Shown here piece by piece: positions 25,601 to 41,000 of a stretch of 64,000 nt of DNA. The translations under genes and the position numbers were made by a program. The notes beneath the pieces were generated by a model. The model did not search any database and was not told where the DNA came from. It was given only the letters and a program-made list of their open reading frames with translations. How positions within the stretch are numbered: the first letter of the stretch is position 1; every line of letters starts with the position of its first letter. The stretch comes from the human T2T-CHM13v2.0 reference genome, Homo sapiens: the NCBI RefSeq assembly GCF_009914755.1, contig NC_060940.1, one strand, 5' to 3'.

Positions 25601-28600
25601 GTTTCCAAGGAAATCCTCAAAGCTATCCAAATATCCACTTGCAGATTCTTCTGAAAGAGAGATTGAAAACTGCTCTATTAAAAGAAAGCTTCAACACTGT
25701 TAGTGGAGTACACACATGACAAACAAGTTTCTGAGAATGCTTCTGTCTAGTTTTTATGGGAAGATGTTTCCTTTTTCGCCGTAGGCCTCACAGCGCTCCA
25801 AATGTCCACTTCCAGATACGGCAAAAAGAGTGTTTCAAACCTGCTCCATGGAAGGGAATGTTCAACCCTGGGACTTCAATGCATACATCGCAAAGAAGTT
25901 TCTGAAAATGCTTCTGTCTACTTTTTATATAATGATATCCCCGTTTCCTCCGAAATACTCAAAGCTATCCAAATATCCACTTGTAGATACTACAAAAAGG
26001 GTGTTTCAAAACTGCTCTCTCAAAAGAAAGGTTCAACTCTCTTAGTTGAGTACACACATCACAAACAAGTTTCTGAGAATGCTTCTGTCTAGTTTTCATG
26101 GGAAGAGATTTCCTTTTTCACCATGGGACTCAGAGCCTTCGGAATGTCCACTTCCAGATACTAGAAAAAGACTGTTTCAAAACCTGCTCTGTAAAAGGGA
26201 ATGCTCAACTCTGTGAGTTGAATGCAAACATCACTAGGAAGTTTCCGAGAATGCTTCTGCTTTTCATATGGAGATAATCCCTTTTCCAACGAAATCCTCA
26301 GAGCAATCCAAATATCCACTTACAGATCCTACAACAAGAGTGTTTCAAAACTACTCTATCAAAAGAAAGGTTCAACTCTGTTAATTGTGTACACACATCA
26401 AAAAACAAGTTTCGGAGAATGCTTCTGTCTACTTTTTGTGGAAGAGATAGCCTTTTTCACCGTAGGCCTCAAAGCGCTCCAAATGTCCACATCCAGATAC
26501 TACAAAAAGAGTGTTTCAAACCTGTTCTATGAATGGGAATGTTCAACTCTGAAACTTGAATGGAAACATCACAAAGTCGTTTCCCAGAAGGCTTCCGTCT
26601 CCTTTTCATCTGAAGATAATCCCGTTTCCAACGAAATCCTCAAAGCTATCCAAATATCCACTTGCAGATTTTACAAAAAGTGTGTTTGAAAGTTGCTCTA
26701 TCAAAAGAAAGGTTCAACACTGTTAGTTGAGTACACACATCCCAAACAAGTTTCTGAGAATCCTTTTGTCTACATTTTATGGGAAGATATTTCCTTCTTC
26801 ACCATAGGACTCAAAGCGCTCCAAATGTACACTTCCGGATACTAAAAAAAGAATGTTTCAAACCTGCTCTGTGAAAGGGAATGTTCAAATCTGTGACTTG
26901 AATGCCAACCTCATAAAGAAGTTTCTGAGCATGCTTCTTCTTTTTATAGAGAGATATTCCCGTTTCCAACGAAATCCTCCAAGCCATCCAAGTATCCACT
27001 TGCAGATTCCACAAAAAGCGTGTTTCAAAACTGCTCTATCAAAAGAAAGGTTCAACTCTGTTAGTTGAGTACACACATCAGGAACAAGTTTCTGAGAGTG
27101 CTTCAGTCTAGTTTTTATGGGAAGAATTTTTGTTTTTCACCACAGGCCTCAATCGCTCCAAAGGTCCACTTCCAGATACTATAAAAAGAGGGTTTCAAAC
27201 CTGCTCTATGAAATGGAATATTGAACTCTGTGACCTGAATGCAAACATCACCAAGTAGTTTCTGAGAATACTTCTGTCTAGATTTTATATGAAGCTATTC
27301 CCGTTTCCAAGGAAATCCTCAAAGCTATCCAAATATCCACTTGCAGATTCTTCTGAAAGAGAGATTGAAAACTGCTCTATTAAAAGAAAGCTTCAACACT
27401 GTTAGTGGAGTACACACATGACAAACAAGTTTCTGAGAATGCTTCTGTCTAGTTTTTATGGGAAGATGTTTCCTTTTTCGCCGTAGGCCTCACAGCGCTC
27501 CAAATGTCCACTTCCAGATACGGCAAAAAGAGTGTTTCAAACCTGCTCCATGGAAGGGAATGTTCAACCCTGGGACTTCAATGCATACATCGCAAAGAAG
27601 TTTCTGAAAATGCTTCTGTCTACTTTTTATATAATGATATCCCCGTTTCCTCCGAAATACTCAAAGCTATCCAAATATCCACTTGTAGATACTACAAAAA
27701 GGGTGTTTCAAAACTGCTCTCTCAAAAGAAAGGTTCAACTCTCTTAGTTGAGTACACACATCACAAACAAGTTTCTGAGAATGCTTCTGTCTAGTTTTCA
27801 TGGGAAGAGATTTCCTTTTTCACCATGGGACTCAGAGCCTTCGGAATGTCCACTTCCAGATACTAGAAAAAGTCTGTTTCAAAACCTGCTCTGTAAAAGG
27901 GAATGCTCAACTCTGTGAGTTGAATGCAAACATCACTACGAAGTTTCCGAGAATGTTTCTGCTTTTCATATGGAGATAATCCCTTTTCCAACGAAATCCT
28001 CAGAGCAATCCAAATATCCACTTACAGATCCTACAACAAGAGTGTTTCAAAACTACTCTATCAAAAGAAAGGTTCAACTCTGTTAGTTGTGTACACACAT
28101 CAAAAAACAAGTTTCGGAGAATGCTTCTGTCTACTTTTTGTGGAAGAGATAGCCTTTTTCACCGTAGGCCTCAAAGCGCTCCAAATGTCCACTTCCAGAT
28201 TCTACAAAAAGAGGGTTTCGTACCTCATCTGTGAAAGGGAATGTTCAACCCTGGGACTTGAATGCATACATCACAAAGAAGTTTCTGAAAATGCTCCTGT
28301 CTACTTTTTATATAAAGATATTGCCGTTTCCTCTGAAATCCTCAAAGCTATCCAAATATCCACTTGCAGATTCTACAAACAGAGTGTTCCCGATCTGCTC
28401 TATCAAACGAAAGGTTCAACTCTGTTAGTTGAGTAGACACATGACAAACAAGTTTCTGAGAATGCTTCTGTCTAGTTTTTAAGGGAAGAGATTTCCAATT
28501 CCACCGTTGGCCTCAAAGCGCTCCAAATGTCCACATCCAGATACTACAAAAAGAGTGTTTCAAACCTGTTCTATGAATGGGAATGTTCAACTCTGAAACT

Positions 28601-31600
28601 TGAATGGAAACATCACAAAGTCGTTTCCCAGAAGGCTTCCGTCTCCTTTTTATCTGAAGATAATCCCGTTTCCAACGAAATCCTCGAAGCCATCCAAATA
28701 TCCACTTGCAGATTTTACAAAAAGTGTGTTTGAAAGCTGCTCTATCAAAAGAAAGGTTCAACACCGTTAGTTGAGCACACACATCCCAAACAAGTTTCTG
28801 AGAATCCTTCTGTCTACATTTTATGGGAAGATATTTCCTTTTTCACCATAGGACTCAAAGCGCTCCAAATGTACACTTCCGGATACTATAAAAAGAATGT
28901 TTCAAACTTGCTCTGTGAAAGGGAATGTTCAAATCTGTGACTTGAATGCCAACCTCATAAAGAAGTTTCTGAGGATGCTTCTTCTTTTTATAGAGAGATA
29001 TTCCCGTTTCCAACGAAATCCTCCAAGCCATCCAAGTATCCACTTGCAGATTCCACAAAAAGCGTGTTTCAAAACTGCTCTATCAAAAGAAAGGTTCAAC
29101 TCTGTTAGTTGAGTACACACATCAGGAACAAGTTTCTGAGAGTGCTTCAGTCTAGTTTTTATGGGAAGAATTTTTGTTTTTCACCACTGGCCTCAATCGC
29201 TCCAAAGGTCCACTTCCAGATACTATAAAAAGAGGGTTTCCAACCTGCTCTATGAAATGGAATATTGAACTCTGTGACCTGAATGCAAACATCACCAAGT
29301 AGTTTCTGAGAATACTTCTGTCTAGATTTTATATGAAGCTATTCCCGTTTCCAAGGAAATCCTCAAAGCTATCCAAATATCCACTTGCAGATTCTTCTGA
29401 AAGAGAGATTGAAAACTGCTCTATTAAAAGAAAGCTTCAACACTGTTAGTGGAGTACACACATGACAAACAAGTTTCTGAGAATGCTTCTGTCTAGTTTT
29501 TATGGGAAGATGTTTCCTTTTTCGCCGTAGGCCTCACAGCGCTCCAAATGTCCACTTCCAGATACGGCAAAAAGAGTGTTTCAAACCTGCTCCATGGAAG
29601 GGAATGTTCAACCCTGGGACTTCAATGCATACATCGCAAAGAAGTTTCTGAAAATGCTTCTGTCTACTTTTTATATAATGATATCCCCGTTTCCTCCGAA
29701 ATACTCAAAGCTATCCAAATATCCACTTGTAGATACTACAAAAAGGGTGTTTCAAAACTGCTCTCTCAAAAGAAAGGTTCAACTCTCTTAGTTGAGTACA
29801 CACATCACAAACAAGTTTCTGAGAATGCTTCTGTCTAGTTTTCATGGGAAGAGATTTCCTTTTTCACCATGGGACTCAGAGCCTTCGGAATGTCCACTTC
29901 CAGATACTAGAAAAAGACTGTTTCAAAACCCGCTCTGTAAAAGGGAATGCTCAACTCTGTGAGTTGAATGCAAACATCACTAGGAAGTTTCCGAGAATGC
30001 TTCTGCTTTTCATATGGAGATAATCCCTTTTCCAACGAAATCCTCAGAGCAATCCAAATATCCACTTACAGATCCTACAACAAGAGTGTTTCAAAACTAC
30101 TCTATCAAAAGAAAGGTTCAACTCTGTTAGTTGTGTACACACATCAAAAAACAAGTTTCGGAGAATGCTTCTGTCTACTTTTTGTGGAAGAGATAGCCTT
30201 TTTCACCGTAGGCCTCAAAGCGCTCCAAATGTCCACATCCAGATACTACAAAAAGAGTGTTTCAAACCTGTTCTATGAATGGGAATGTTCAACTCTGAAA
30301 CTTGAATGGAAACATCACAAAGTCGTTTCCCAGAAGGCTTCCGTCTCCTTTTTATCTGAAGATAATCCCGTTTCCAACGAAATCCTCGAAGCTATCCAAA
30401 TATCCACTTGCAGATTTTACAAAAAGTGTGTTTGAAAGCTGCTCTATCAAAAGAAAGGTTCAACACTGTTAGTTGAGCACACACATCCCAAACAAGTTTC
30501 TGAGAATCCTTCTGTCTACATTTTATGGGAAGATATTTCCTTTTTCACCATAGGACTCAAAGCGCTCCAAATGTACACTTCCGGATACTAAAAAAAGAAT
30601 GTTTCAAACCTGCTCTGTGAAAGGGAATGTTCAAATCTGTGACTTGAATGCCAACCTCATAAAGAAGTTTCTGAGGATGCTTCTTCTTTTTATAGAGAGA
30701 TATTCCCGTTTCCAACGAAATCCTCCAAGCCATCCAAGTATCCACTTGCAGATTCCACAAAAAGCGTGTTTCAAAACTGCTCTATCAAAAGAAAGGTTCA
30801 ACTCTGTTAGTTGAGTACACATATCAGGAACAAGTTTCTGAGAGTGCTTCAGTCTAGTTTTTATGGGAAGAATTTTTGTTTTTCACCACAGGCCTCAATC
30901 GCTCCAAAGGTCCACTTCCAGATACTATAAAAAGAGGGTTTCCAACCTGCTCTATGAAATGGAATATTGAACTCTGTGACCTGAATGCAAACATCACCAA
31001 GTAGTTTCTGAGAATACTTCTGTCTAGATTTTATATGAAGCTATTCCCGTTTCCAAGGAAATCCTCAAAGCTATCCAAATATCCACTTGCAGATTCTTCT
31101 GAAAGAGAGATTGAAAACTGCTCTATTAAAAGAAAGCTTCAACACTGTTAGTGGAGTACACACATGACAAACAAGTTTCTGAGAATGCTTCTGTCTAGTT
31201 TTTATGGGAAGATGTTTCCTTTTTCGCCGTAGGCCTCACAGCGCTCCAAATGTCCACTTCCAGATACGGCAAAAAGAGTGTTTCAAACCTGCTCCATGGA
31301 AGGGAATGTTCAACCCTGGGACTTGAATGCATACATCGCAAAGAAGTTTCTGAAAATGCTTCTGTCTACTTTTTATATAATGATATCCCCGTTTCCTCCG
31401 AAATACTCAAAGCTATCCAAATATCCACTTGTAGATACTACAAAAAGGGTGTTTCAAAACTGCTCTCTCAAAAGAAAGGTTCAACTCTCTTAGTTGAGTA
31501 CACACATCACAAACAAGTTTCTGAGAATGCTTCTGTCTAGTTTTCATGGGAAGAGATTTCCTTTTTCACCATGGGCCTCAGAGCGTTCGGAATGTCCACT

Positions 31601-31965
31601 TTCAGATACTAGAAAAAGACTGTTTCAAAACCTGCTCTGTAAAAGGGAATGCTCCACTCTGTGACTTGAATGCAAACATCACTATGAAGTTTCCGAGAAT
31701 GCTTCTTCTTTTCATATGGAGATATTCCCGTTTCCAAAGAAATCCTCAAAGCCATCCAAGTGTCCACTTGCAGATTCCACAAAAAGCGTGTTTCAAAACT
31801 GGTCTACCAAAAGGAAGGTTCACCTCTGTTAGTTGAGTACACACATCAGGAACAAGTTTCTGAGAGTGCTTCAGTCTAGTTTTTATGGGAAGAATTTTTG
31901 TTTTTCACCCTAGGCCTCAATCGCTCCAAAGGTCCACTTCCAGATACTATAAAAAGAGTGTTTCA
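16662..31965 (-). repeat. Alpha satellite, SF2-type, inverted block (~15.3 kb)
   Basis: Same monomer family read as reverse complement ('tcccgtttccaacgaaa', 'gtttctgagaatgcttctgtctag') from 16662 up to the L1 5' end. Confidence 0.93.
21100..31600 (-). repeat. Homogeneous SF2 HOR patch with 12-mer (2044 bp), 8-mer (1361 bp) and 10-mer (1702 bp) variants
   Basis: Landmark ORFs at 21704, 23748, 25109, 26811, 28855 and 30557 (spacings 2044, 1361, 1702, 2044, 1702). Identical 96-aa translations at 22397, 25802, 27504 and 29548. Boundaries are approximate. Confidence 0.88.
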
Positions 31966-32869
31966 GAGGAGGAGCCAAGATGGCCGAATAGGAACAGCCC
32001 CGGTCTACTGCTCCCAGCGTGAGCGAAGCTGAAGACGGGTGATTTCTGCATTTCCATCTGAGGTACCGGGTTCATCTCACTAGGGAGTGCTAGACAGTGG
32101 GCGCAGGCCAGTGTGTGTGCGCACCGTGCGTGAGCCGAAGCAGGGCGAGGTATTGCCTCACCTGGGAAGCGCAAGGGGTCAGGGAGTTCCCTTTCCGAGT
32201 CAAAGAAAAGGGTGACGGACGCACCTGGAAAATCGGGTCACTCCCACCCGATTATTGCGCTTTTCAGACCGGCTTAAGAAACGGCGCACCACGAGACTAT
32301 ATCCCACACCTGGCTCAGAGGGTCCTACGCCCACGGAATCTCGCTGATTGCTAGCACAGCAGTCTGAGATCAAACAGCAAGGCGGCAACGAGGCTGGGGG
32401 ATGGGCGCCCGCCATTGCCCAGGCTTGCTTAGGTAAACAAAGCAGCCGGGAAGCTCGAACTGGGTGGAGCCCACCACAGCTCAAGGAGGCCTGCCTGCCT
32501 CTGTAGGCTCCACCTCTGGGGGCAGGGCACAGACAAACAAAAAGACAGCAGTAACCTCTGCAGACTTAAGTGTCCCTGTCTGACAGCTTTGAAGAGAGCA
32601 GTGGTTCTCCCAGCACGCAGCTGGAGATCTGAGAACCGGCAGACTGCCTCCTCAAGTGGGTCCCTGACCCCTGACCCCCGAGCAGCCTAACTGGGAGACA
32701 CCCCCCAGCAGGGGCACACTGACACCTCACACGGCAGGGTATTCCAACAGACCTGCAGCTGAGGGTCCTGTCTGTTAAAGGAAAACTAACAACCAGAAAG
32801 GACATCTACACTGAAAACCCATCTGTACATCACCATCATCAAAGACCAAAAGTAGATAAAACCACAAAG
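31966..32869 (+). promoter_or_regulatory. L1 5'UTR: CpG-rich internal sense promoter with YY1 site, plus antisense promoter region
   Basis: YY1 motif CAAGATGGCCG at ~31976-31986; ~900-bp GC/CpG-rich UTR matching the L1HS layout. Activity cannot be determined from sequence. Confidence 0.85.
32200..32415 (-). CDS. ORF0: L1 ORF0 (71 aa), open reading frame intact
   Basis: MAGAHPPASLPPCCLISDCCASNQRDSVGVGPSEPG...RHPFL lies inside the 32200-32484 ORF; ATG (cat) at 32413-32415; 216 nt including stop. Confidence 0.85.
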   Translation of the reverse strand: MAGAHPPASLPPCCLISDCCASNQRDSVGVGPSEPGVGYSLVVRRFLSRSEKRNNRVGVTRFSRCVRHPFL

Positions 32870-33886
32870 ATGGGGAAAAAACAGAACAGAAAAACTGGAA
32901 ACTCTAAAACGCAGAGCGCCTCTCCTCCTCCAAAGGAACGCAGTTCCTCACCAGCAACAGAACAAAGCTGGATGGAGAATGATTTTGACGAGCTGAAAGA
33001 AGAAGGCTTCAGACGATCAAATTACTCTGAGCTACGGGAGGACATTCAAACCAAAGGCAAAGAAGTTGAAAACTTTGAAAAAAATTTAGAAGAATGTATA
33101 ACTAGAATAACTAATACAGAGAAGTGCTTAAAGGAGCTGATGGAGCTGAAAACCAAGGCTCAAGAACTACGTGAAGAATGCAGAAGCCTCAGGAGCCGAT
33201 GCGATCAACTGGAAGAAAGGGTATCAGCAATGGAAGATGAAATGAATGAAATGAAGCGAGAAGGGAAGTTTAGAGAAAAAAGAATAAAAAGAAATGAGCA
33301 AAGCCTCCAAGAAATATGGGACTATGTGAAAAGACCAAATCTACGTCTGATTGGTGTATCTGAAAGTGATGTGGAGAATGGAACCAAGTTGGAAAACACT
33401 CTGCAGGATATTATCAAGGAGAACTTCCCCAATCTAGCAAGGCAGGCCAACGTTCAGATTCAGGAAATACAGAGAACGCCACAAAGATACTCCTCGAGAA
33501 GAGTAACTCCAAGACACATAATTGTCAGATTCACCAAAGTTGAAATGAAGGAAAAAATGTTAAGGGCAGCCAGAGAGAAAGGTCGGGTTACCCTCAAAGG
33601 AAAGCCCATCAGACTAACAGTGGATCTCTCGGCAGAAACCCTACAAGCCAGAAGAGAGTGGGGGCCAATATTCAACATTCTTAAAGAAAAGAATTTTCAA
33701 CCCAGAATTTCATATCCAGCCAAACTAAGCTTCATAAGTGAAGGAGAAATAAAATACTTTATAGACAAGCAAATGCTGAGAGATTTTGTCACCACCAGGC
33801 CTGCCCTAAAAGAGCTCCTGAAGGAAGCGCTAAACATGGAAAGGAACAACCGGTAGCAGCCGCTGCAAAATCATGCCAAAATGTAA
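32870..33886 (+). pseudogene. ORF1: L1 ORF1p with premature stop (Y329*; 328 of 338 aa)
   Basis: MGKKQNRKTGNSK...REKG...ARREW...YPAKLS. TAG at 33854-33856 replaces TAC; the rest (QPLQNHAKM*) stays in frame to TAA at 33884-33886. Confidence 0.93.
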
Positions 33887-33925
33887 AGACCATCGAGACT
33901 AGGAAGAAACTGCATCAACTAATGA

Positions 33926-37777
<3,852 letters not shown>

Positions 37778-37820
37778 ACAATGAGATCACATGGACACAG
37801 GAAGGGGAATATCACACTCT

Positions 37821-37854
37821 GGGGACTGTGGTGGGGTCGGGGGAGGGGGGAGGG
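37821..37854 (+). other. L1 3'UTR G-rich tract (potential G-quadruplex)
   Basis: ggggactgtggtggggtcgggggaggggggaggg has at least 4 G-runs; this is a known feature of young L1 3'UTRs. Confidence 0.75.
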
Positions 37855-37979
37855 ATTGCGTTGGGAGATATACCTAATGCTAGATGACACATTAGTGGGT
37901 GCAGCGCACCAGCATGACACATGTATACATATGTAACTAACCTGCACAATGTGCACATGTACCCTAAAACTTAGAGTAT

Positions 37980-38015
37980 AATAAAAAAAAAAAATTTAAA
38001 AAAAAAAAAAAAAAA
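37980..38015 (+). terminator. L1 polyadenylation signal and poly(A) tail
   Basis: AATAAA at 37980-37985, then an A tract interrupted by TTT at 37995-37997. The last ~5 A's may belong to the alpha target (aaaaactagac). Confidence 0.9.
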
Positions 38016-41000
38016 CTAGACTGAAGCATTCTCAGAAACTTGTTCCTGATGTGTGTACTCAACTAACAGAGTTGCACCTTTCTTTTGATAGAACAGTTTT
38101 GAAACACTCTTGTTATAGAATCTGCAAGTGGATATTTGGATTGCTTTGAGGATTTCGTTGGAAATGGGATTATCTCCATATGAAAAGAAGAAGCATTCTC
38201 AGAAACTTCTTTGTGATGTTTGCATTCAAGTCACAGCGTGGAACATTCCCTTTCACAGAGCAGGTTTCAAACATTCCTTTTATAGTATCTGGAAGTGGAC
38301 ATTTGGAGCGTTTTGAGGCCTATGGTGAAAAAGGAAATATCTTCCCATAAAATGTAGACAGAAGGATTCTCAGAAACTTGTTTGGGATGTGTGTACTCCA
38401 CTAAAAGTATTGAACCTTTCTTTTGATAGAGCAGCTTTCAAACACTCTTTTTGTAAAATCTACAAGTGGATATTTGGATAGCTTTGAGGATTTCTTTGGA
38501 AACGGGATTATCTTCATGTAAAAAGTAGACAGAAGCCTTCTGGGAAACTTCTTTATGATGATTGCATTCAAGTCACAGAGTTGAACATTCCCTTTCATAG
38601 AGCAGGTTTGAAACACTCTTTTTGTAGGATCTGCAAGTGGATATTTGGATGGATTTGAGGATTTCGGAGGAAACGGAAATATCTTCCTATAAAAAGTAGA
38701 CAGAAGCATTTTCAGAAACTTCTTTGTGATGAATGCATTCAAGTCCATGAGTTGAATATTCCCTTCCATAGAGCAAGTTTGAAACACTCTTTTTGTTGTA
38801 TCTGGAAGTGGATATTTGGAGCGCTATGAGACCTATGGAGAAAAAGGAAACATCTTCCCATAAAAACTAGACAGAAGCATTCTCAGAAATTTGTTTGTCA
38901 TGTGTCTACTCAACTAACAGAGTTGAACCATTCTTTTGATAGAGCAGATCAGAAACACTCTGTTTGTAGATTCTGCAATTGGATATTTGGGTAGCTTTGA
39001 GGATTTCGTTGGAAATGGGAATATCATCATATAAAATCTAGACAGATGCATTCTCAGAAACTCCTTTATGATGATTGCATTCAAGTCACAGAGTTGAACA
39101 TTCCCTTTCATAGAGCAGGTTTGAAACACACTTTTTGTAGAATCTGGAAATGGACATTTGGATCGCTTTGAGGCCTATGATGAAAAAGAATGTCTCTTCC
39201 CTTAACAACTAGACAGAAGCATTCTCAAAAACTTGTTTTTGATATGTGTACTCAACTAAGAGAGTTGAACCTTTTTTTTGATAGAGCAGTTTTAAAGCAC
39301 TCTTGTTATAGAATCTGCAAGTGGATTTTTGGATTGCTTTGAGGATTACGTTGGAAAAGGGATTATCTCCATATGAAAAGTAGAAGCATTTTCAAAAAAT
39401 TCTTTGTGATATATGCATTCAAGTCCCAGAGATGAACATTCCCTTTCATAGAGCAGGTTTGAAAAACTCTTTTTGTAGAATCTGGAAGTGGACATTTGGA
39501 GCGCTTTGAGGCCTATGGTGAAAAAGAAAATCTCTTCCCTTAACAACTAGACAAAAGAATTCTCAGAAACTTTTTTTTGATATGTGTAGTCAACTAACAG
39601 AGTTGAACCTTTCTTTTGATAGAGCAGTTTTGAAACACTCTTGTTATAGAATCTGGAAGTGTATATTTGGATTGCTTTGAGGATATCGTTGAAAAGTGAT
39701 TTTTTCCATATTAAAAGTAGAAGCATTCTCAGAAACTTCTTTGTGATATATGCATTCAAGTCCCAGACGTGAACATTCCCTTTCATAGAGCAGGTTTGAA
39801 ACACTCTTTTTATAGTATCTGGAAGTGGACATTTGTAGCACTTCGAGGCCTATGGTTTTAAATAAAATTTCTTCCCATAAAAACTAGACTGAAGCATTCT
39901 CAGAAACTTCTTTCTGACTTGTGTACTCAACTAACAGATTAGAACTTGTCTTTTGTTAGAGCATTTTTGAAAGACTCCTGTTATAGAATCTGCCAGTGTA
40001 TATATTTGGATTGCTTTGAGTATTTCGTTGGAAAGGGATTATCTCCATATGAGAAGTAGAAGCATTCTCAGAAACTTCTTTGTGATATATGCATTCAAGT
40101 CCCAGAGTTGAACCTTCCCTTTCATAGAGCAGGTTTGAAACACTCTTTATAGTATCTGGAAGTGGACATTTGGAGTGCTTTGAGGCCTATGGTGAAAAAT
40201 AAAATTTCTTCCCATAAAAACTAGACTGAAGCATTCTCAGAAACTTGTTGCTGATGTGTGTACTCCACTAACAGAGTTGAACCTTTCTTTTGATAGAGCA
40301 GTTTTGAAACACCCGTTTTGTGGAATCTGCAAGTGGATATTTGGATTGCTTTGAGGATTTCGATGGAAACGGGAATATCTCTATATAAAAAGCAGAAGCA
40401 TCCTCAGAAATTTCTTTGTGATGTTTGGATTCAAGTCACAGAGTTTAACATTCCCTTTCATAGAGCAGGTTTGAAACACTACTTTATAGTATCTGGAAGT
40501 GGTCATTTGGAGCGTTTTGAGGCCTATGGTGAAAAAGGAAATATCTTCCCATAAAATCTAGACAGAAGGATTCTCAGAAACTTGTTTTGGATGTTTTTAC
40601 TCAACTAATAGTGTTGAACCTTTCTTTTGATAGAGCAGCTTTCAAACACACTTTTTGTAAAATCTACAAGAGGATATTTGGATAGATTTGAGGAATTCGT
40701 TGGAAATGGGATTATCTTCATATAAATGTAGATGGAAGCCTTCTCAGAAAAGTCATTGTGATGTTTGCGTTCAACTCCGAGAGTTGAACATTCCCTTTCA
40801 TAGACCAGGTTTTAAACACTCTTTTTGTAGTATCTGGAAGTGGACATTTGGAGCGCTTTGAGGCCTATGGTGGAATAGGAAAACTCTTCCCATAAAAACT
40901 AGACAGAAGCATTCTCAGAAACTTGTTTGTCATGTGTCCACTCAACTAACAGAGTTGAACCTTTCTTTTGATAGAGCAGATCGGAAACACTCTGTTGGTT

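Noticed and set aside
965-31836. Dozens of recurring 60-170 aa ORFs in alpha satellite (e.g. MFPNCSMKRKVKLCELN..., MSTSRYYKKSVSNL...)
   Set aside because: They are translations of 171-bp tandem monomers on both strands, often from non-ATG starts, with no domain or gene structure. I used them only as periodicity markers.
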